Source of the DNA: Phoronis australis
Lineage: Eukaryota; Animalia; Phoronida
Direction of reading: 5' to 3'
DNA length: 64,000 nt
Assembly (NCBI GenBank): GCA_002633005.1
Contig: NMRA01000105.1
Coordinates: 186,001-250,000, forward strand
Of the stretch, positions 55,379 to 64,000 are shown piece by piece. Positions within the stretch are counted from its first letter, which is position 1; each line of letters begins with the position of its first letter. The position numbers and the translations under genes were made by a program. The notes under the pieces were generated by a model. It was not told the origin of the DNA. It was given only the letters and a program-made list of their open reading frames with translations, and made no database searches.

Positions 55379-56153
55379 CTGGACAAATAAACATATTATG
55401 CAGCTATCAATAAGCAACACCAGTGTTAAAGAAATTCAAAGCAAAAACACAGTTTTGCGACAACTAGAAAAAGGTTAATGAAGGATAATGCCAATGAGAG
55501 TAAGGACATAACTAATACAGCTGCCTAAACTTCAATGGTATACTGAGTGGGATTTTTGAAGCCAAACAATCAGCGACCTCAAACCAAGAAAAAACACGTA
55601 CGAGATGTTTAACCCATCAACAAATACCTGCGACTTCAAACCCGGGCATAATACAATAGTGAATATGGTAACTCACCATATTTTCAAAAATTATGGTAAA
55701 AATCTCAATTAAATTTTCAGTGTTCCAAGTTTAATAATATTCACCGTAATGTAACCCGTTATGTTGTGCCGGTCCAGGCTATTTTCTATGACTTTCTGAA
55801 TAGTCAGGTTTATATTTACAGGCTCTCTCGATACAAAACACAGTGCTCTACATTTGAGAAATAAGATAAATGCCAAGAGTTACCCGTATCCTAATCTTAC
55901 AAATTCAATTCCATTATGAATCTTGGTGTCACAAAATTTTAAGAGTGTCGGGAACTGGAGAATATTTTCATGTTCAAATCCCACCTTTTCCCAAAAAACG
56001 CTCAAAGAAAAAATCAAAGGAACTAAATGAAATGATGTACTTTCTACAACAAACTGACTAGCCACAATACACTGAACTACCAACATATGAAACCGAAATT
56101 CAAATTACTAAATTAACTGAAAACCGTTATCAGAATTTGATGAAGCAACATAC

Positions 56154-56320
56154 CTGTATTTCTTGATATCTGAACGAGAAACTAAATTTCGAATAACCAG
56201 GAAGCCATTCTTTTCGTAGAACTCTCTCTGCTCAGAAGTTAATTTTGGGTTGTTGCGGGTGTATTTGAATTCAGCTGAATCTGAACGCTGGTAGACATTA
56301 GCCGATGTTTCACCATATGT
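56154..56320 (-). CDS. PHYH: PHYH exon 2
   Basis: Reads [55 protein letters not shown](R), donor AG|GTATGT (phase 2). The acceptor is uncertain: alternative CAGs would start the exon at 56287, 56280 or 56274. Confidence 0.85.
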
Positions 56321-58792
56321 CTGAATTATTGTCAAGGTCATTCAACTATCTTAAAACAACTAGCACAATCTTTTTATTAGTTTCTCCCTCGGTTGACTTA
56401 ATTTGTTATTTTGCAATGTATACTTCGTGAAAGATAGGCCCTACAAGGAAAGTGGAACATTTGCCACAAGGTTGCGTCACCAAGACTCAAGGCATTCTTA
56501 ATCTTAGTAATGTGGCATCACACAGTCCCCTCAATTTGTATGTTTGCATTAAAACATTGCAGCTTTGTGCCGATGTGGGTAAAGAACTGTCCAAATAAAA
56601 CGTGACAAAAATTATTAAAAACTATACTCTTCCATGAGTAAACTAAATTATTTACCAGTGTTAAAAAAATGATGTTCTACCATTATTCTGCTGCTAACAT
56701 TGCAGAGAAATCTTATGCATTGGCTTTAGGAGTCATGAAATATAGCGTCACCTATTTCCGTTTTCTTTTTTGCCTATTCTTCAATCAACTGTTCTTCTTT
56801 CGCGAGCTTGCACACATGTCTGCTACAAAATCTTGTAACTACAAGTAATATTCATGCTGACTTATCTTTAGAAAACACTACTAGGAAATCCTCAGAGAAC
56901 CCAAATATCAGCCACCATGTCTCCACAGCTTGTGTGATTTGATATATTTGCTCCTAGAACGCAGCTCTGTTCACAACAAAATGCAATCTGATGACAGCAC
57001 TGCAATTGTTTTGACGAATTACTGCAGATGACTTAAGCATGTGGAGTGCCACTGAAGTTTTTAGTATCTGTGCATTCTACATATGACACACGAACGTGTG
57101 CGGTCAGGGTTTGACTTGAGGTTAAAAACAAATGAAAAAATGAAACAGTGAAGCCTGTCAGTACATTGAGATGATTTCATCATGGCAAAAAATCTTGGTT
57201 TCAACTTTTATAACCACTTTATGCGATCCTCCCTTTTGGGATGACTTGGGGGTCTAAATTGCACCCTCTCTACCAGGTGAAATCAAAATGGGCAATGCTA
57301 CAAAAATTTGAGCCCATGCCAGACATTGAATGGATTATGGTGGAATGGAAATTGGTATTTCTGCTTGTCACCTTAATGTGAAACCTGTATCAACATGCAT
57401 GTAGATAGCTAATGACTGGAGGGGGTGCAAGCAAAATCTGGGAATTAACAGACACTCACCTTCCCCGTTCCAACCATTAAATGAAAAACAATCTAATGAA
57501 CGTCATTTTTGTGCGTAATTCTCCGCATTTTGTAACAAAGAAAAGTACGTTATCCTTTTGAAAGCAGTATGCTCATGGCACACATACACGCCATTTCCGA
57601 AATCTCTCGAGAGATGATGACAATTTCACAGCAGCTAAATTTGTTCTGAATTTGAATTTGCTGGAATCAAAATTCTAAAAACTTGTAATGAAGTGAAACC
57701 GGTTCCAATTGTTGTAATAGTCAACATCACTTGTCCTTTATCTTTCTGTGGTGTCTTGTGATTTGTCAGCTTTCTGGTTCCCCGGCTGTTTCTTTTATTT
57801 ATACTGCTGGCGGGAACCCTACTGGCAGTCTTTCAGCAAGCAATCAGACTGTTAGGGATGGGGACCTGGATTGGGTTTTACTGAAGCTTGAGTGAGTACT
57901 TCTGGAGGCCTAGCTAGTGAACCTGCAGTAATACAACATGATAATTTGCTGTGGCGTGTACGTAACTCTGTGAAAGAACAACAGTTGATTGAAGAATCGA
58001 TAAAAAAGAAACTGGCCAGCAGGTGATGCCATATTTCATGGTGTCAAAAGACAACGTAAGATTGCACAATTTTAGTAGCAGAATAATGCTAGAATGGCAA
58101 TTTCTCCAACACCAGTGAATAATTTAGTTTACTCAAGGAAGAATGTAGTTTTTAATGACACTAATTTTGTGTCAGATTTTATCTAGTCAGTTTTTTAACC
58201 CACATACAGCTTTGCCTTTGCACCTTCACCTTATCCTTGGCCTGGCTTAGCCTAGGCTTAGGACAGGTTGGCAAGGCTAGCTACAGTCAAGTGACCTAAT
58301 TATCGGACGTTTTGGCACATTTTACATTATATTTAATTGAAAATACTACGGATTGTTGTAAATTCTTTGCTGAAATAAAGAATTACCTTAATAGAATTGT
58401 TGTGTTACTATATCTTGTCACCGAAAGCCACATTTATGCTCCGACTGAACTTTAAAAAACACAACAAGCAAACCTTCGGAGAACCTAAATATCGGACACC
58501 ATGTTTCCCCATACGCCACACCGCGGAAAACTGACAAACCACGTAATGGCCGCGGGCACCTTGTAGCCAAATTTCAGCTCGAGTGTTTTGACATATATGC
58601 TGCTAGAACACAGGTCCATTCGCAACAAAATTATCCATGAAATGAAATCTGATGACGGCGCCAAGTCATTTCGATGAATTAGTGCAGACGACTAAAGCAC
58701 GTGCAAACTCACTGCAGTTTTTATTATCACTTTGGCTTCTTGATATGACACCCGCACGTGCGCGGTCGGGGTTTGACTTGAGTTTAAAAACA

Positions 58793-59093
58793 NNNNNNNN
58801 NNNNNNNNNNNNNNNNNNNNNNNNNNNNNNNNNNNNNNNNNNNNNNNNNNNNNNNNNNNNNNNNNNNNNNNNNNNNNNNNNNNNNNNNNNNNNNNNNNNN
58901 NNNNNNNNNNNNNNNNNNNNNNNNNNNNNNNNNNNNNNNNNNNNNNNNNNNNNNNNNNNNNNNNNNNNNNNNNNNNNNNNNNNNNNNNNNNNNNNNNNNN
59001 NNNNNNNNNNNNNNNNNNNNNNNNNNNNNNNNNNNNNNNNNNNNNNNNNNNNNNNNNNNNNNNNNNNNNNNNNNNNNNNNNNNNNNNNNNNNN
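58793..59093. other. Assembly gap (hides the end of PHYH exon 1)
   Basis: Run of N. Confidence 1.
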
Positions 59094-59128
59094 TGACCAC
59101 GAAGACGTGCAATTCTTTCTTCTGCCAT
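59094..59128 (-). CDS. PHYH: PHYH exon 1 (partial, runs into N gap); PTS2-like peroxisomal signal
   Basis: ATG at 59128 reads MAEERIARLRG plus CAn (H/Q). This fits R-[LIV]-x5-[HQ]-[LA] up to the gap (human PHYH has RLQIVLGHL). Confidence 0.7.
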
Positions 59129-60332
59129 CGAAATGACAAACGTCAACAAACGTTTGCAACGATTGCAAAGTCCAGATCGCGAAGTCCAATCACAACATCC
59201 GGGATTTAAATTTTTCACTTTCGTAGTTTTCAAAGTTGAAGAGCTCTTGTCATAGGCATAAAAATACTGGACTACAAAATGTATATTCCTTTTTTTAAAA
59301 TTCTATTTGTGTTTTAATTTATTATATTTGAGATTTATGATGTATTTGAATATACTTAAAAAATTCAATAGTAATTATAAATGGAGCTAATTTTGTTTGC
59401 TCCCTGTGGCAGTGCCAATGGCGTAAATAGCAACTGGAGCTTCATTAGCTACTGTTGAATACTGGAAGCTTAGCTTTTGAGTTTGAAAGGAAACGTCAAA
59501 ATGATCAGGTAGCATGTTTCAAAACATATAGCCATATCTATGGTTCACTTTAATTGAATTGCATGTATCATTTCATTTACTATGAACGAGAACGTTACTT
59601 GTCTTTCAAGAGGCAGAGACGAGTGCTGTCAGTTGTCAGTTGATCTGTCTCACACACAGTCTCATCACTGCCTGATATTGCAGAGCTGAGATGGTGATGG
59701 ATGATGAGTGACGAATTGAATGTTACAGCACGGATCACTGACACTTAGTGACTGTGTGTGAGAGTGTGTGTGTGTGCGTGTGTCTGTGTGTGTGTCTGTG
59801 TGTGCGTGTGTGTGTGTGACTGTCAGTGACGTGATAAGTGCTGATGAAGTGGTGCATTCTATTCCCTGTGAGGCTGCCAACTTTAGTAATCAAATATCAT
59901 TGAATGACTTGTCATATTGGCCTTGCTCCCTCTCGTTCAAACACACTTCTGGACAACAGGACATCTTAATTGTTCAATTTTATTTGTCTGGGGTTCTCGT
60001 CGATACCTTTGTTTTCCGTCATCTACATAATGCAAGAGTCAGTCAGACAACCAGAACCATTGGCACAATGGAAAAGGATGAAAATACCTACCTGAGACTT
60101 TATCAATATTATTCTAGGTCACAGCCATTTTTTACGTTTAGGGTGTCCCTTTTGCTTGCACATATACTGGGCAAGTAACTCATCACTGACGTTTAACACT
60201 ATCAGTCTTTTCACATATTTTCGTCCTGAGCAAGGTCACTTGAAAATCGTTAAATAGCCTAATTCACATTCTTTTGGTTTATATGCTACTAGATATGTGA
60301 TGTTCATTACGTGTAGATGAATAAATTTACAG
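59129..60332. promoter_or_regulatory. Probable divergent promoter and 5' UTR region of PHYH and PTPDC1
   Basis: The two genes point away from each other with about 1.2-1.9 kb between their first coding sequences. CRE-like ACGTCA/TGACGT half-sites near 59140, 59493 and 59827. Transcription starts cannot be determined. Confidence 0.5.
59753..59820. repeat. Interrupted (TG)n microsatellite
   Basis: Direct reading. Confidence 0.9.
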
Positions 60333-60341
60333 GTAGTGAAT

Positions 60342-60414
60342 ATGGAACAAAAATCAGAGAGGAAGCATGAAGCTATTGATTGGGGAGGCCATGTTTCCAA
60401 GGCTGAGGTCAAAG
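60342..60414 (+). CDS. PTPDC1: PTPDC1 candidate first coding exon
   Basis: Acceptor TTTACAG ends at 60332. ATG at 60342 reads MEQKSERKHEAIDWGGHVSKAEVK(G), with a phase-1 donor AAAG|GTTGGT that fits the next exon. No homology support. Confidence 0.45.
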
Positions 60415-61029
60415 GTTGGTTCTTTTTAAGTGTTTTTACCTTTCTATGTTGAGTGCTTTGCCAGCTGATATATTTTCTATTTTGTTTGGATGACTTTTAA
60501 AAATTACTAGTAGTACTAGTATCATCTGGCTGAACCGTAATACTTCATTGACAGAGCTTCGTATTTGTTCAACATGCTCACAATCTATCTACAACATGAA
60601 TTGTCTCTGTGGCATTTATTGGAATTAAAGTCCCATGCAGTGCAAATCAGGTCATGTCGATGGCTGGGGATTTCAAGTTTGATATGACCATTCAAACTGT
60701 AAAACTCTTCTGTGAACTCTTCTTTGTTCATCCGGTAAGATTAGAGACATGCAATTGTCATATTGATAACCTTTAAAAAGGCTTCCAGCCAAAACAGTAA
60801 CTGAAACAAGGAGTTTTAAACATGGCACTGCATGTGGCTTTAACAGAATCAGTAACATGATGCATCATGTGCACTTGCAGGAACGCATAAGTGGGACACT
60901 CCAAAAAGTGATGATCGTATGTTATCGTTAAATTAAGCGGTGTGCTATAACACCCCAGCACCCCCTGTATCCTCTTTGAGTTATGGTTTTTAGATGTCCA
61001 TTCACTGAATCCAAATCACTTAATTATAG

Positions 61030-61195
61030 GTAAAAAACCAACAGCCAAGTATGTGGCTGTGTCAGAGAAGATGCGCCACACAATTCCGGAGGACAAACAG
61101 TGTAAGATGTTCTGTGGGGGCACTAAGTGCAAGTACGAGTCAGCTGACGCATGGACAGATGATCAGCAGGCTATTAAGGGTCTCTTCTCACACTG
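61030..61195 (+). CDS. PTPDC1: Protein tyrosine phosphatase domain-containing protein 1, exon
   Basis: Reads KKPTAKYVAVSEKMRHTIPEDKQCKMFCGGTKCKYESADAWTDDQQAIKGLFSH(W), matching PTPDC1 PTPKY..GERLRH..CGG.ACKYE...AIKG.YSSW. Acceptor TATAG, donor TG|GTTAGT. Confidence 0.92.
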
Positions 61196-61830
61196 GTTAG
61201 TGTATATCATGCTATCTGTGCTGGCTCAATCATGCACTGTGTTGAAGCATGTGGTACCTCTAGATACGACACGTTGTTGAGACATGACTCATAAATACTC
61301 CATCTAGAGTTATAATAGTTTTTAAAGAGTTGATGATTTTCATCAAAATTCAACTGACGTCATTGTAGTTATGGCGCAAGTTAGAAAATTAGACCAATAA
61401 TAAACGGATTTTTGCTTTAAAGTTTTGATGGTTTTTGACGAGAGGAAATGTCGTCAACCTTTTCCGAAACTGCAGTTACGACTAATTCAGCTGGAATTTA
61501 TAAAAGACAGTTTGAGTTATTGCATTTTCAAGGTACACCCATTGGCTTTAGAGGCAAGCACTCCATGCTTTTAGGTCTGTACCAAGATTAGATTTTCAAC
61601 CATTAAATTTACAGATTCCATATATTGATTAGCCACCATGAAATTTACAGGTTCCACGTATTGATTATAGCTATGCAACTGCTATCTTATCCACCCATGA
61701 GGCCACAACCAATTAAGGCTGATAGACTCTAATTTTGAACATTGAGGTATGTTATCTTGCCTACTAATAGAAACTAAACATAGAAAGATATCTTGAATTA
61801 TTTATGTCATTCCTTTCATTTATCTTGTAG

Positions 61831-61911
61831 GGTTACAGACAATATTTTAGCAATGGCTCGACCCAATACAAAATCCATTGAAAAGCACAACATAATAGAC
61901 CAGTTCAAAAG
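61831..61911 (+). CDS. PTPDC1: PTPDC1 exon
   Basis: Not in the ORF track. Reads (W)VTDNILAMARPNTKSIEKHNIIDQFK(S). Acceptor CTTGTAG, donor AG|GTGAGT. Confidence 0.93.
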
Positions 61912-62563
61912 GTGAGTAACTCACTATACGTGAAGCTGTTTGATTAGTTTCACATTTAAATTCACTTAAATTTTTAACAAATTCCGTAATTCTTCACCAA
62001 TTTAGCTTACAATATGGCCGACAAGTAATTATTTCAAATTTCTCAACACCGTTAAAGTAGCTGTTAACCTTCGTTCTGTTAAAGAATTGAACGTTTCATT
62101 TAAACCATTTACTGCAGCTGTGAAATTGGACAAGTTCCTTACTGGGATGAGAAGTAATTTCTGGTGTTGCAAAGAGCTGAGGGTTCGTTATTTTGTTGAA
62201 AGCATGCGCAGAGCATAAAGTGACATGGCGTGACAAGTCAAATTTTTAAGCATTGTTTCAAGCAATAACAAAATGTCTGCTTATGTGAATATCTGAAATC
62301 ACTTCTAATTTGAGTATGGTAAGGTACGAGTGCAGGCTAACTTAATGACTTTACAAAGCCTGAATCAAAAATTGATTTTTAGAGGAAGTGGGATTTATAG
62401 CAGCTTTAAATTTGGAGAAAATTCAATACTTTGCAAAAGGAATGCTGTATGCACCCTGGCAAATATTTTGACTGTGTAACAATATGAGAACTGTGCTAAA
62501 TGAATAAAGTCAAAAGTTATTGTGATGGAAGACAGGCTTATAACGTCTTTACGTATGCATCAA

Positions 62564-62653
62564 AACATTTTTAAGTCTGGTCTGCACGTCATCTGTTGGC
62601 CACATCATGTGACCTAATGAATAGGTGGCGTGCAGACCAGACTTCAAAATGTT
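62564..62653. repeat. 90-bp hairpin / mini-MITE
   Basis: AACATTTTTAAGTCTGGTCTGCACG...CGTGCAGACCAGACTTCAAAATGTT. Confidence 0.8.
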
Positions 62654-62752
62654 AATGATCTATATTTCCACTCAGGTTTGTAACAAAAATTGATGTCTCT
62701 TGACCTTCCAAGAATACTGTGTTTTAATTTCTTATTCGTTTTTACCTGCTAG

Positions 62753-62868
62753 TGCTGGAATTCGTTCCATTATCAATCTCCAAAGACCTGGGGAACATTC
62801 CTTTTGTGGTCAACCCCTCGAGAATAAAGAATTCTCCTACAAGCAGACAGACTTCATGAACAATGACA
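62753..62868 (+). CDS. PTPDC1: PTPDC1 exon (gene continues beyond the window)
   Basis: Reads (S)AGIRSIINLQRPGEHSFCGQPLENKEFSYKQTDFMNND, compare human GIKTIINLQRPGEHASCGNPLE. Acceptor CTGCTAG, donor A|GTAAGT. Confidence 0.93.
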
Positions 62869-64000
62869 GTAAGTGACTTGATCTGTTTCCATGAATGTCT
62901 AAATGGCATTATTACAGTTGTTTATTAGTTAAAGCGTCTATAAACCATCTAAATAGTTAACTTGATTCATACCACTTACTGCAAAGTTTATTATGCCATG
63001 CATTTATGCTCCGCCCATAAAGTGATGTCATTTGTGGATCCTGGTCTCAACCANCCGGGGGCCGCCATCTTGAAGAAGAGTGCAGCTACAGGCTACAGCC
63101 AAGAAAGTGGCCTTTTTTATTCACAGCATGTTCAGAAATACAAACAAACCACATTCACTGAGCCTACGTGCAATGCCCACCTACAAAATGCCCCCAAACT
63201 TGGCCTACCCCAAAATTTCTATATTTTGGCAGTGCAAATTGGCCGCGGCCGCAGCCTAACTATTCAGTGCCACCTAAGGTGTTCCTCTATGCGCAAAAGG
63301 TATTTATAACAACGTGACTTTGATGGTTTAGTCGGTGCGAGGCATAATTCGCCGAAAAATGTCCGGCGTACAGAGCGCCTATAGCCTCTGCATCGCCTCT
63401 GGTTCGGGCCAACAGAAGCATAGTCATTGCCTAAGGTTGGCAAGGCTAGCTACAGCTAGCTGAAGGTCACGCATGTTCAACGAAATTTAGAATACAAAAA
63501 ACTTGTACACCTATACTTTTAACTGAATAAAGAAAAGATACAATCCCGCCACGACAGAGGGTAAGAAACACTTTGTTCTTCACCGTTCAATTGTGTGAAA
63601 CAATCCAAATAGGGACACAACTAAGTTCCCTAAATCCACTGTGTATTTGTGTCTTTCTTTACTCACATGTCTAATCTTTTTCTATCGTTACGTCTTTAGT
63701 ATGAGCTCCTATGACATTTTCTAGTAATTTAACTTAAGACTGAGTTCTGAATTTTGTGAACATGAATAGGGACTTAGTCGTTAAATTTAGGTATGTTGCA
63801 TGAAAGATCCCTGTTTATTTTCGATGATATTAAGAATTCAATGTAGAGTTCAGTTTGATTTGTATCAAAGCCAAAAATTGACTTAGGAATGAAGCTAAAA
63901 CAGATAAGAAATGACAATCGACATTTTCACGTACGCAAGAGATTTAGGGATCTTAGTTGACTTCCTACTTGGGACTGTTCCATGCAACCGGCACTGAAGC

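Overview
AT-rich, intron-rich metazoan genomic DNA from a draft assembly with N gaps. It is not prokaryotic. The repeat style suggests a marine invertebrate deuterostome, but that is only an inference. Three spliced genes can be rebuilt by hand with phase-consistent splice sites. (1) The first three coding exons of an ADAMTS-family metalloprotease (signal peptide plus M12B prodomain) lie on the - strand and include a ~32.7-kb intron. (2) A nearly complete phytanoyl-CoA 2-hydroxylase (PHYH) lies on the - strand, with an N-terminal PTS2-like signal and one GC-AG intron. (3) The 5' exons of PTPDC1 lie on the + strand, head-to-head with PHYH. The rest is intronic or intergenic and holds MITEs, an L1/Tx1 3' fragment, minisatellites and one probable assembly duplication. 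I found no convincing new multi-gene system. The most interesting items are a Penelope-type insertion carrying a minimal hammerhead ribozyme, a MITE flanked by a 60-bp direct duplication, and a perfect 54-bp palindrome.
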